A DNA stretch of 64,000 nt, taken from positions 288,001 through 352,000 of the forward strand of contig CAVYBH010000015.1 of assembly GCA_963766715.1 (NCBI GenBank), read 5' to 3'. This document shows positions 1-10,740 of this stretch, one piece after another; within the stretch, counting starts at the first letter, position 1, and each line of letters opens with the position of its first letter. The notes under the pieces are model-generated. The model did no database searches. It was given only the letters and a program-made list of their open reading frames with translations, and was not told where the DNA came from. The DNA is from an uncultured delta proteobacterium. GTDB taxonomy: Bacteria > Myxococcota > Myxococcia > Myxococcales > Anaeromyxobacteraceae. The position numbers and the translations under genes are program-made.

Positions 1-106
1 GCCGCGGCGGCATGATGCGCGGGAGGTTCCGCGGATCGGAGAAGAAGCGGAACACGCGGGGGAGCGGGACCGGGACCCACTGCTCGAACTGGATGCGCTG
101 GCTCAT
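1..106 (-). CDS. SRPBCC-family protein, N-terminal part (runs off the window)
   Basis: Manual translation from ATG at 106: MSQRIQFEQWVPVPLPRVFRFFSDPRNLPRIMPP, typical of an SRPBCC N-terminus. Confidence 0.7.
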   Translation of the reverse strand, partial: MSQRIQFEQWVPVPLPRVFRFFSDPRNLPRIMPPR

Positions 107-127
107 GGCTTCCGGACCTGGGCCCTC

Positions 128-980
128 TCACCACTCGAAGAAGTAGGAGAGCAGGACGCCCACCATGAAGACCTCGCCCTCGGCGGCCACGGGGTCGAGC
201 GCGGTCTCGTACTCGGCCGCCAGCACCACCGATCGGCTGGCGGTGAGGAATCTCCCGGCGGTGAACTTGAGGAGCGACCCCACGTTTCCGTCCTGGAAGC
301 TCCAGCTGGTCTTGTCCTGGGCCGACACGAAGAACCAGGCCGGCAGCGCCACCGAGACGGTGGGCTTGAGCTGGAGGGTGTTCACCGGCTTGTAGCTGCC
401 CAGGTTGCCGAACGACTTCTGCCAGTTGAGCTCGACCGAGAGCGCCACGATGGAGGAGAGGCGGAAGGCGACCACGTAGACCGGCTCGATGATCCAGGGC
501 TGGCCCACCGCGGCGTTCGTGCCGGTGTTCCACTGGAGCTCCAGCCCGGCCGCCTGCCGGATCCCCTCGTGCGCGTAGAAGGCCCAGAGGAGCGTGCTGG
601 TGAGGCTCGCGAAGCCGGAGACGGTGGGCTCGCCGGCGGTGTTCGGGTAGTGGGTCTCGACGGGGATCTCCAGGCGGAGCGAGAACTCCCGCTCGACGCC
701 CCAGACGAAGATCGGCTTGAAGGTGAACTCGCCCGTGGCGGCCCCGGCCGCCTTCTCGGTCCACTCGTACTTGAGCTGGAGCGTGTTGCGGGTGAAGACC
801 GGCGAGTCCACCAGCTCCATGATGTCGAGCAGGTGCCGGAAGCCGTGGTCGTGGCCGCGCCGCTCCTCCGAGGTCTCGGCCTCCTTGCGCTCCGCTCCGC
901 CTCCTCCTGGGCCCGGGCGGAGGGGAGCCAGCAGCAAGGCGAGCAGGGAGAGCGTCGCGAGCGCGGGTCGTGGGGCGCAT
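128..980 (-). CDS. Putative outer-membrane beta-barrel protein (probable indel in signal peptide)
   Basis: Hydrophobic signal-like stretch LATLSLLALLLA, amphipathic beta-strand pattern, aromatic C-terminus SYFFEW; ATG at 980 lies 6 nt after a TACAGT -10-like box but is out of frame with ORF 128..1093. Confidence 0.55.
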
Positions 981-1113
981 CCGTCGACTGTACGGCAGTC
1001 GCGGGCCGATCGAGGGGCTCGATGCGGGATGCCCCGATCGGGCGCTCCTGGCCCCCCGGATGAGCCCTCGTCACTGAGCGGCAACTGTCCCATTGTCGTG
1101 CGGGGGTGTGGCC

Positions 1114-2430
1114 ATGTTCTGGGTCGAGCTCGCCGTCGTCCTGGCGATGATCGTGATCGGGGCCCGCTACGGCGGCCTGGGCCTGGGGATGATGGGCGGG
1201 CTCGGGGTCGCGATCCTCGCGTTCCTCCTCGGCGATCTCCCGTCCAGCCCTCCCATCGAGGTCATGCTGATGATCGCCGCGGTGGTGACCGCGGCCGGGA
1301 CCCTGCAGGCGGCGGGGGGCATGGACTACCTCGTCGACCTGGCCGAGAAGGCGCTTCGCCGCTACCCGCCGGCGATGACCTTCGTGGCGCCGCTCGTCGC
1401 CTACGTCTTCACGCTCTTCGCGGGGACGGGGCACGTCGCCTACGCCATCCTCCCCGTCATCGCCGAGGTCTCCCGGGAGGCCGGCGTGCGGCCGGAGCGG
1501 CCCCTCTCCATCTCGGTCATCGCCTCGCAGCAGGCCATCACCGCGAGCCCCATCTCGGCCGCCACGGTGGCCCTGCTCGTCCTCCTCGAGGGAACGGCAT
1601 CACGCTCGGCGGGCTCCTCGCGGTGTGCATCCCCGCCACGCTCCTGGGCGTCCTGGCCGGCGCGCTCGTCGCGAGCCGCATGGGCAAGGAGCTCGACGTG
1701 GACCCGGAGTACCTGCGGCGACTGGCCGAGGGGGAGATCGAGCCCCACGGACAGATCGGCCGCCCGGCCGCCACCTGGCAGGCGAAGGCTCGGTGGTCCT
1801 CTTCGTCCTCGGCGCCATGTCCATCGTCGCCTTCGGGTCGTTCCCGGCGCTGCGCCCCAGCTACGCGTCGGGCGGCAAGGTGGTCCAGATGGAGATGGCC
1901 GACGCCATCGAGATGGTGATGCTCTCGATCGCGGCGCTGATGGTGATGGTCTGCAAGGCGAAGGTGGAGAAGGTGGCCCACGGCTCGGTCTTCCAGGCCG
2001 GCATGCAGGCGGTGATCGCCATCTTCGGCGTGGCCTGGATGGGGGACACCTTCTTCAAGGCCAACCAGGCCACCGTCCAGGGACCGATGACGGCCATGGT
2101 GACAGGGCGCGCCGTGGACCTTCGCCATCGCGCTCTTCGTGATGTCGATCCTGCTCTACAGCCAGGCCGCCACCGTCCGCACGCTCGTCCCGCTGGGCGT
2201 CTCCATCGGGATGCCGGGCTGGGCGCTGGTGGGGATGTTCCCGGCGGTGAACGGCTACTTCTTCCTGCCCAACTACCCCGACCCTGGTGGCCGCCATCAA
2301 CTTCGACCGGACCGGCACCACCCGGATCGGCAAGTACCTGCTCAACCACAGCTTCATGATCCCGGGGCTCGTCGCCTCCGTCGTCTCGGTGGCGTCCGGG
2401 CTCCTGCTCGCGCGATTCATCCTCCTGTAG
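1114..2430 (+). CDS. dcuA: Anaerobic C4-dicarboxylate transporter, DcuA/DcuB family (several frameshifts)
   Basis: [53 protein letters not shown], and [15 protein letters not shown] pieces spread over successive frames. Confidence 0.9.
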
Positions 2431-2459
2431 CGACGTAGCGCCCCATCACGGAGAACCCC

Positions 2460-3932
2460 ATGGCCGCGAATCCCACCCGCATCGAGCACGACTTCCTGGG
2501 CGATCGAGAGGTCCCCGCCGACGCCTACTACGGCGTCCAGACCCTGCGCGGCGCCGAGAACTTCCCCATCACCGGGCTGCCCATCCACCCGGCGCTCATC
2601 CGGGCCATGGCCATCGTCAAGAAGGCCGCGGCGCTCGCCAACCGCGACACCGGCCACCTCGACGCGAAGATCGCGAACGCCATCGCGAAGGCGGCCGACG
2701 ACGTCATCGCCGGGAAGCTCAACGCCCAGTTCATCGTCGACCCCATCCAGGGCGGCGCCGGCACCTCCATCAACATGAACACGAACGAGGTGATCGCCAA
2801 CCGGGCGCTCGAGATCCTCGGGGAGGCCAAGGGGAGCTACAAGGTCATCAGCCCCAACTCCCACGTGAACATGGCGCAGTCGACCAACGACGCCTTCCCC
2901 ACCGGCGTCCACATCGCCGCGCTCGACCTGGGGCGCTCGCTCGTCGTCGAGCTGCAGAAGCTCCACGACGCCTTCGCGGCCAAGGAGAAGGAGTTCCACG
3001 GCCTCATCAAGATGGGGCGCACCCACCTCCAGGACGCCGTGCCCATCCGGCTCGGCCAGGAGTTCGGCGCCTACCGGCGCGTCATCGGGCGCGACATCAA
3101 GCGCATCCAGCAGGTCGGCCAGCAGCTGCTCGAGGTGAACATGGGGGCGACCGCGGTCGGCACGGGCCTGAACGCCGACCCCGACTACATCGTCGCGGTG
3201 GCGAGGTACCTGGCCGAGTTCAGCGGCTTCCCCATGCGGACGGCCGAGGACCTGGTCGACGCCACCCAGAACACCGACTGCTACACGGAGGTCTCGGCGG
3301 CGCTCAAGGTCTGCATGATGAACCTGTCGAAGATCGCCAACGACCTCCGGCTCATGGCCTCCGGGCCGCGCTGCGGGCTCGGCGAGCTCAACCTGCCCGC
3401 CCGCCAGCCCGGCTCGTCGATCATGCCCGGCAAGGTGAACCCGGTCATGGCCGAGGTGGTGAACCAGGTGGCCTTCCAGGTCATCGGCAACGACCACACC
3501 ATCTGCCTGGCCTCCGAGGCCGGCCAGTTCGAGCTCAACGTCATGGAGCCGGTGCTGGTCTTCAACCTGCTCCAGTCCATCGGGATCATGACCAACGTCT
3601 TCGTGGTCTTCCGGAAGTTCCTGGTCGAGGGGCTCACCGCCAACGCCGATCGGATGAAGGCCTACGTCGACGGCAGCGTCGGGGTGATCACCGCCATCAA
3701 CCCGCACGTGGGCTACGAGACCGCGGCCCGCATCGCCCGCGAGGCGAACCTGACCGGAAAGCCGGTGCGCGAGCTCATCCTGCGTGACAAGGTGCTCACG
3801 AAGGAGCAGCTCGACGCGATCCTCGACCCGTTCGAGATGACGAAGCCCGGCATCGCCGGGGCCAAGGCGAAGAAGCACGACGACGTCTGGTTCAAGGAGC
3901 ACGGAAGCGAGAAGGAGGAGAAGGGATCATGA
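2460..3932 (+). CDS. aspA: Aspartate ammonia-lyase
   Basis: Fumarase/aspartase signature GSSIMPGKVNP, QGGAGTS.NMN.NE, KMGRTHLQDA. Confidence 0.96.
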   Translation: MAANPTRIEHDFLGDREVPADAYYGVQTLRGAENFPITGLPIHPALIRAMAIVKKAAALANRDTGHLDAKIANAIAKAADDVIAGKLNAQFIVDPIQGGAGTSINMNTNEVIANRALEILGEAKGSYKVISPNSHVNMAQSTNDAFPTGVHIAALDLGRSLVVELQKLHDAFAAKEKEFHGLIKMGRTHLQDAVPIRLGQEFGAYRRVIGRDIKRIQQVGQQLLEVNMGATAVGTGLNADPDYIVAVARYLAEFSGFPMRTAEDLVDATQNTDCYTEVSAALKVCMMNLSKIANDLRLMASGPRCGLGELNLPARQPGSSIMPGKVNPVMAEVVNQVAFQVIGNDHTICLASEAGQFELNVMEPVLVFNLLQSIGIMTNVFVVFRKFLVEGLTANADRMKAYVDGSVGVITAINPHVGYETAARIAREANLTGKPVRELILRDKVLTKEQLDAILDPFEMTKPGIAGAKAKKHDDVWFKEHGSEKEEKGS

Positions 3933-5020
3933 GGAACGCGCGAACCCTGAAGAGCACGATGGTCCTGGCCGCCCTGGCGGTCCTGGTCCCCACCCTCGGG
4001 ATGGCCCAGGCGGCGAAGCAGCTCGCGCCGGCGAAGCCGACCGTCACCATCCTCGCCACCGGCGGCACCATCGCCGGGGCCCAGCCCAAGCCCGGCGAGG
4101 CCGGCTACAAGGCCGGCAGCTTCTCGGTGGAGTCGCTCATCTCGGCGGTCCCCGGGATGGAGAAGGTCGCCGTCGTGAAGGGCGAGCAGATCGCCAGCAT
4201 CGGCAGCCAGGACATGAACGACGCCGTCTGGATCAAGCTGGCGCGCCGGGTGAACGAGCTGCAGAAGGATCCGGGCGTGGACGGGATCGTCATCACCCAC
4301 GGCACCGACACGCTGGAGGAGACCGGCTACTTCCTCGACCTGGTGGTGAAGGGCGACAAGCCGGTGGTGCTGGTCGGCTCGATGCGCCCGGCCACCGCCA
4401 TCTCCGCCGACGGCCCCATGAACCTCTACAACGGCACCGCCGTCGCCGCCGACCCGGCGGCACGGGGGCGCGGCGTGCTCATCGTGATGAACGACGACAT
4501 CCACTACGCGCGCGAGGCCACGAAGACCAACACCACCTCGCTCCAGACCTTCACCTCGCCCAACCGCGGGCGCGCCGGCATCGTGCTGTTCGGCAAGCCC
4601 ACCTTCTACTCCCCGCCGGTGCCGAAGCACACGAGCGGCAGCGCCTTCGCCGGCAACGTGCCCGACGCGCTCCCCAAGGTCTTCATCGTCTACGCGCACG
4701 CCAACGTGGGACCCGAGTTCGTGGACGCGGCGGTCGCCGCCGGGGCGAAGGGCATCGTGCTCGCCGGCGTGGGGGACGGGAACGGAACCGACCCGCTCAT
4801 CCAGGCGCTGGCCGCGGCGGCGAAGAAGGGCGTGGTGGTCGTTCGCAGCTCGAGGGTGGGAACGGGCACCGTGGCCCGCAACGTGGAGCTCGACGACGAC
4901 AAGCTCGGGTTCGTGGCCGCCATGGAGCTGAACCCGGCCAAGGCGCGGGTGCTCCTGCAGCAGGCGCTCACGAAGACGAAGGACGTCGCCCAGATCCAGA
5001 AGTACTTCGACGAGTACTAG
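3929..5020 (+). CDS. ansB: Periplasmic type II L-asparaginase
   Basis: Signal peptide, ATGGTIAG and HGTDT catalytic motifs, LNPAKARVLL. Confidence 0.95.
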   Translation: MRNARTLKSTMVLAALAVLVPTLGMAQAAKQLAPAKPTVTILATGGTIAGAQPKPGEAGYKAGSFSVESLISAVPGMEKVAVVKGEQIASIGSQDMNDAVWIKLARRVNELQKDPGVDGIVITHGTDTLEETGYFLDLVVKGDKPVVLVGSMRPATAISADGPMNLYNGTAVAADPAARGRGVLIVMNDDIHYAREATKTNTTSLQTFTSPNRGRAGIVLFGKPTFYSPPVPKHTSGSAFAGNVPDALPKVFIVYAHANVGPEFVDAAVAAGAKGIVLAGVGDGNGTDPLIQALAAAAKKGVVVVRSSRVGTGTVARNVELDDDKLGFVAAMELNPAKARVLLQQALTKTKDVAQIQKYFDEY

Positions 5021-5028
5021 GGGGCCAC

Positions 5029-6263
5029 ATGAACCGAGAACGTCCTCCTCGTCGCTGCTGACCGCGGCGTCTGGCCCTCCCTGCGGCGGCGGCGGCCGAC
5101 GACGCGGCGCCCGCGACGTCCCCGGCGCCCGCGGTGAGGCACGCGCAAGCCCACCTTCGAGGTCTACGGCTTCGCCCAGGTCGACTTCATCCAGGACTTC
5201 CAGCGGGTGCGTCCCGACTGGAACGCCACCCTGCGCCCCACCCGCATCCCGACGGTGGAGGGGCTCTACGGCGCGAACGGCGAGTCCATCTTCAGCGCCC
5301 GGCAGACCCGGCTCGGGGTTCGGGGCTCGATCCCGGCCGGCGAGTACGACCTCTTCGCCCGCGTCGAGTTCGACTTCTTCGGCCTGGGCGAGGGAAGGCC
5401 GGACGCCGGCGGGCAGAACACGCTCCGGCTCCGCCAGGCCTACGGCTCGTGGGGCCCGGTCCTCGGCGGCCTCACCGCCAGCCTCTTCATGGACGACGAC
5501 TTCTGGCCGACCATCATCGACTACTGGGGCCCGGCCGGGATGGTCTTCTACCGGAACGTCCAGATCCGCTACACGCCCTTCACCGGCGAGCACTCCTTCG
5601 CGGTCGCCCTGGAGCGCCCCGCCACCGACCTGGATCCCACCGGCGCACCGGCGGCGAACGTCGCGCCGCGCTCGCTCCTCCCCGACCTCACGGCCCAGTA
5701 CCGGCTCTCCCAGGGCTGGGGCTACCTCCAGCTGTCCGGCATCCTGCGCTGGGTGGGCTACGACACGCCGGGCGCGGCGGTGCAGACGAAGGGCAGCGCC
5801 GTCGGCTGGGGCCTCCACGCCAGCTCGCAGGTGAAGCTCATCCCCGACAAGCTGAAGCTCCTCGTGGCGTTCGTCGGCGGGACCGGCTTCTCCTACTACA
5901 TGAACGACGCCACGCCGGACCTCGCCTTCGGCGGCACGCTCGCCGATCCCGAAGGCCGAGGCGGTCCCGCTCATCGGCATCACGGCCTACCTCGACGTCT
6001 ACTGGAGCAAGCTCTTCTGCAGCGCGGTGGGCTACAGCACGACCATGATGTTCCCCACCGCCCTGCAGGGGCCAGATGCCTTCAAGACCGGGCAGTACGC
6101 CTCGGTGAACTTCCTGGTCACGCCCTTCCGGAACTTCATGGCCGGCCCCGAGTTCCTCTGGGGCCACCGCACCGACAAGAGCGGCGCCACCGGCTTCGAC
6201 ACGCGCCTCCAGATCTCGGTGAAGTACAGCTTCACGAGCCTCGACTTCTGGAAGCCGGGATAG
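5029..6263 (+). CDS. DcaP-family outer-membrane channel (frameshifted)
   Basis: EVYGFAQVDFIQDF, SARQTRLG, LRLRQAYG, terminal strand RLQISVKYSF; parts in ORFs 5207 and 6027. Confidence 0.75.
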
Positions 6264-6275
6264 AGAGTCCGGTCC

Positions 6276-6710
6276 CTAGTTGGCCAGCTCGACGGCGCGC
6301 ATCGCCGCTCGCAGCTTGCCCGCCAGCGACTTGGCGATGGCGCGGAAGAGAAAGTGTCCGGCTTCGTGGTTGTCGCCGAGCGCCTCGCGAAGCTTGGCCG
6401 AGCGGAGGATGAGGAGCTTCGTCGGCTCCACCGTCGTCGCAGTCAGCGCGAGCGGCCCTCCATCGATCAGCGACAGCTGTCCGAACGCCTGGCCCGGCCC
6501 CATCACCAGATGGGTCGCGTCTCCGTGCCGGAAGCCCTGAACCGAGCCGCTGAGGATGATGTAGAGCGCATCGACGGCCTGATCCTCGTTGGCGATCGGG
6601 TCTCCGCCTGGCAGCGTCCGTTCCTCGGCGCAGCGGGCCACGATCTCGAGAATCGACTGAGGAACGTCTCGGAAGAGGAAGGTGGTCTTCAGGGCCTGAA
6701 GCGCGTCCAT
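6276..6710 (-). CDS. Stand-alone cyclic-nucleotide-binding domain protein
   Basis: LYIILSGSV..MGPGQAFGQLSLIDGGP..LTATT; no HTH; GGAG SD before ATG 6710. Confidence 0.85.
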   Translation of the reverse strand: MDALQALKTTFLFRDVPQSILEIVARCAEERTLPGGDPIANEDQAVDALYIILSGSVQGFRHGDATHLVMGPGQAFGQLSLIDGGPLALTATTVEPTKLLILRSAKLREALGDNHEAGHFLFRAIAKSLAGKLRAAMRAVELAN

Positions 6711-6830
6711 GGAGGCTCCTCGGGAAGTGGGCACGCGAGAATCCGGACGCCGCGGGGCGGCCGATTCGCGTTCGGGGCATGACTGTAGTCGATGAATCCG
6801 CCACGGGCACCACAAACCGACGGGCGGCGT

Positions 6831-8514
6831 TCAGCGCATCAGCGCGACGATCACCGGTCCCCACGCGGTGAGGAGGATGTTCCCCACCGCGTAGGGGACG
6901 GTGTAGCCGAGCACCGGCAGGCGGCTGTGGGCCGCGTCCTGGATGGCCCGCAGCGCCGCCGTCGTGGTGCCGGCGCCCGACTCGGCGCCGAGCAGGATCA
7001 CCGGGTTCATCTTCAGCACGTACCGGCCGAAGAGCAGCCCCACCGCGTGGGGCACGATCGAGACGAGGAGCGCGGCCGCGATGAGGCTCGGGCCGGTCTT
7101 CTGGATGCTCGCGACGAAGCTGGGGCCGGCGCCCAGCCCGACGATGCCGATGAAGGCCGCGAGCCCCACGCTGTCGAACACCCAGAGCGCGCCGTCGGGG
7201 ATCCTCCCGAAGGTGGGCCTCACCGAGCGCAGCCAGCCGAAGAAGAGCCCCATGACGAGCGCGCCGCCGCTCGTGGTGATGGTGATGGACACGCCGAACA
7301 CCGGGACGGCCACCAGGCCGATGAGCCCGCCCAGGAAGATGCCCAGTCCCGACGAAGATCATGTCGGTGGCGGCGGTGACGCGATCCGCGTAGCCGAGGC
7401 GCCGGGCGACCCGGGCGGTGTCGACCTGCCGCCCCTCGATCTGCAGGAGGTCGCCACCCTCGAGGAGCCGTGCTTCCCTCGAAGGGAATCTCCTGGCCGG
7501 CGCGGACGAGGCGGCGCAGCCGGATGCCGCGGCCGATCTCGCGGGCCAGCTCGGCGAGCGTGCGCCCCGCCACCTCGCGGTTCGTCACCACCACCTCGAG
7601 CTGCTCGGTCGGGAAGTCGAGCAGCTCGCGGTCCTGCACCTCGGCGCCGAGCCCCATGAGCTTCTCGATCAGGTCCGCCCGCTGGGCCACGATGGCCACC
7701 GTGTCGCCGTCGTGGATGACCGTGTCGGGGGTCGGTGTCGAAGACCAGGCCGTCGCGCCGGACCCGCTCCAGGAAGTACCGGACGCCGGGGACCGAGCCC
7801 TCGATCTCGTCCACGCGCCGGCCCGGCCGCCCCGAGGCCCGCGACCCGGATGGCCCGGACGTCCCACTCCGCGTAGGCCGAGGCGACGCCCTCCTCGGGG
7901 GTCTCCTTCCCGGCCAGCTGGATCTCGAGCTCCCGGGCCGCCTTCTGGAGGTCGACCTTCATGAGCCGCGGGGCGAGCGACGAGAGGAAGTAGACGAGCG
8001 TGGTGGTCCCGACCAGGTAGGTGACGGCGTAGGCCACCGGGACCTGGTTCGCCATGCGGGTCCGCTCGGCGGCGTCGATGGGGAGCCGCTGGATGGCCTC
8101 GGCGGCGGTGCCGATGATGGTCGACTCGGTGAAGGCGCCCGCCAGCAGCCCCGCCGCGGTCCCGGCGTCGTAGCCGAAGAGCTTCGAGACCACCACGGCG
8201 ACCGCGAGGCAGGTGACGGCCACCACCACCGCGAGGACGAGCTGCGGCAGGGCGTCCTTGCGGAGGCCGCGGAAGAACTGGGGACCGACCTTGTAGCCGG
8301 TGGCGAAGAGGAAGAGGTCGAAGAAGACGACCTGGACCGTCGGCGAGACGTGCACGTCGAGCTGGCCGATGACGACGCCGGCCAGCAGGCACCCCAGCAC
8401 CGTTCCCACGGTGAAGGTGCCGATGCGCAGCCTTCCGACGAGGAACCCCACGGCGAGCGTGAGGAAGATCGCCAGCTCGGGGTGCTGTTGGAGGATGTTC
8501 GCGAAGCCGGCCAT
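6831..8514 (-). CDS. aspT: Aspartate:alanine antiporter AspT family with TrkA-C domains (frameshifted)
   Basis: PELAIFLTLAVG, FLFATGYKVGPQFF, VAYAVTY, VLGYTVPYAVGNILLT.WGP. Confidence 0.88.
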
Positions 8515-8570
8515 GACCTACCTCATGCCACGGCCGGAGGCCGGCGTATCGCGCCCCGGACGGGGTGGTC

Positions 8571-9621
8571 CTACTTCCTCAGGCTCTTCGCGTCGATGAC
8601 GAAGCGGTAGCGGACGTCGGCCTTCAGCATGCGCTCGTAGGCCTCGTTCACCTTCTCGGCGGGGATGACCTCGACGTCGGCGGTGATGCCGTGCTTCCCG
8701 CAGAAGTCGAGCATCTCCTGGGTCTCGGCGAGGCCGCCGATGAGGGAGCCGGCCAGCGTCTTGCGGCCGAAGATGAGCCCCATGGCGTGGACCGGGGCCG
8801 CCTCGGGCGGCACGCCCACGAGGACCAGCGCCCCGTCGGTCTTGAGGAGGGAGAGGTAGGCGTTCAGGTCGTGGGGCGCCGAGATGGTGTCGAGGATGAA
8901 GTCGAACTTGCCGGCCAGGCGCTTGAAGGTGCCCTTGTCGGAGGTGAGGCCGAACCCGGTGGCGCCCAGCCGCCGCGCGTCGGCCTCCTTGCCCTTCGAG
9001 GTGCTGAGCATGGTCACCTCGGCGCCCATGGCCGCCGCGAGCTTCACGGCCATGTGCCCGAGGCCGCCCAGGCCCACCACGCCGACCTGGTCGCCCTTCT
9101 TCACCTTCCAGTGGCGAAGCGGCGAGTAGGTGGTGATCCCGGCGCAGAGCAGCGGGGCTGCGCCGGCGGGGTCGAGGTTCGCGGGGATCGAGAGGACGAA
9201 CTTCTCGTCGACCACCTCGTCGGTGGCGTAGCCGCCGTAGGTCGGCGTCTTCCGGTCCATCTCGGTGCCGTTGTAGGTGAAGGCGGCGCCCTTCTCGCAG
9301 AACTGCTCCAGGTCCTTCTTGCAGGGGGAGCAGACGCGGCAGGAGTCGACCAGGCATCCGACGCCGACCCGGTCGCCGACCTTGAACCGCTTCACCTCGG
9401 CGCCGACCTTCGTCACCCGTCCGACGATCTCGTGGCCGGGGACCATGGGGAACGTGGAGTTCCCCCATTCGTCCCGGACCTGGTGGATGTCGGAGTGGCA
9501 GATCCCGCAGAACTCGACGTCGAAGGCGACGTCGTGCGGGACCGACGGCGCGCCGCTCGAACTCGAACGGGGCGAGGGGGCTCTTCGGATCGAAGGCGGC
9601 GTAGGCCTTGGTCTTGGGCAT
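8571..9621 (-). CDS. Zn-dependent NAD(P)H alcohol dehydrogenase, cinnamyl-ADH/YahK type (indel near 9545)
   Basis: CGICHSD, GHE, structural Zn Cys cluster, APLLCAGITTYSPL, GLGGLG, VRYRFVID. Confidence 0.93.
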
Positions 9622-9631
9622 GCGGGGAGAG

Positions 9632-10715
9632 TTAGGCGAGGGAGCCCGCTGCCGCAACGCCGAGAGGGGGGGTCACCGGATCGCGTCGCATGCCCTCCCG
9701 CGCGTCGGCTTCCAGGCGAACGGGCCCGAGGCGGCCGTCGAAGAACTCGGGGACGAGGACGTCTGCGCCGAGCGCCGGGGCGCCGGCCGCCCGGGCGGCG
9801 AACCCGCCCACGGCGATGCAGGCGTGGGGCGCCGCGTGCCGGACCATCGCCGCGGCCTCCCGCGCCGCGGGCAGGTGCGCGATGGTCGACACGCCGATGC
9901 CGACGAGCGTCGGCTTCCGCTCCACCGCCGCCACGGCGAGCTGCACCGCCGGCGTGTCCGCCCCCAGCACCTCCACCGAGAAGCCCTCCAGCTCGAGCAG
10001 GTGGGCGGCCAGGCGGATCGCGGTGACGTGGAACTCCCCCGGCGCCGCCGCCAGGATGGCCGGGCCCCGGAAGCGCTTCCCGGGAGCGCCCCAGGTCTCG
10101 GAGACCAGCGTGGCCATCCCGAGCTCGGCGAGCTCGGTGGCCCGGTGCTCCTCCACCACGGTGGCCTGGTGGCGCATCCACGCCTCGCCCGCCTGCCGCT
10201 GCACGTGGGCGATGCCGAGGATCGCCCCGCGCGACGCCGCGCGCCTCCCGCCAGCCGTCGACCTCGGAGAGGTAGAGCTCCCGCGCACCCCGGAAGGCCG
10301 CGCGCACGGCGGGCTCGAGCTCCACCAGGCTAGTCGAGGTGCTCCTCCTCGGCGGCCTCGATGCCGCGACTCGAGCGCCCTCCCGAGCCAGGACCGCTCC
10401 TCGGCCGGCAGGTCGAGCCGGGGAGCCCGGCCGGCCATCGCCCGGAGGCAGGCGCCCACGCTGCCCGGGGGGAGCCCCGACGACTCGTGCACCTGCGCCG
10501 CCCAGTGGGCGTGGGCCCGGAACACCGACGGGGCGCGGAGGTCGACGGCCGCGGCGAGCGCGCGGGCGTGGCTCTCCATCTCCCACTCGCAGGCGTGGCG
10601 CCCCTGCGTGCGCCGGTCGCGCAGCGGCTCGGAGGCCGCCAGGATCTCCTCGATCAGGGACGGGCGCCTCGGCGAGGAGCACCGAGGCCACCCGTGCGTC
10701 CACCCGCGCGCGCAT
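9632..10715 (-). CDS. Globin/phycobiliprotein-like domain fused to a CarH-type cobalamin-binding module (frameshifted)
   Basis: W-x9-EH (WMRHQATVVEEH), GEFH..., LGADTP, IGVST, VGG; helical N-terminal domain GRHACEWEMESHARALAAAV. Confidence 0.75.
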
Positions 10716-10740
10716 GGGGAAGGAGCCTTGCCCCCAGACC

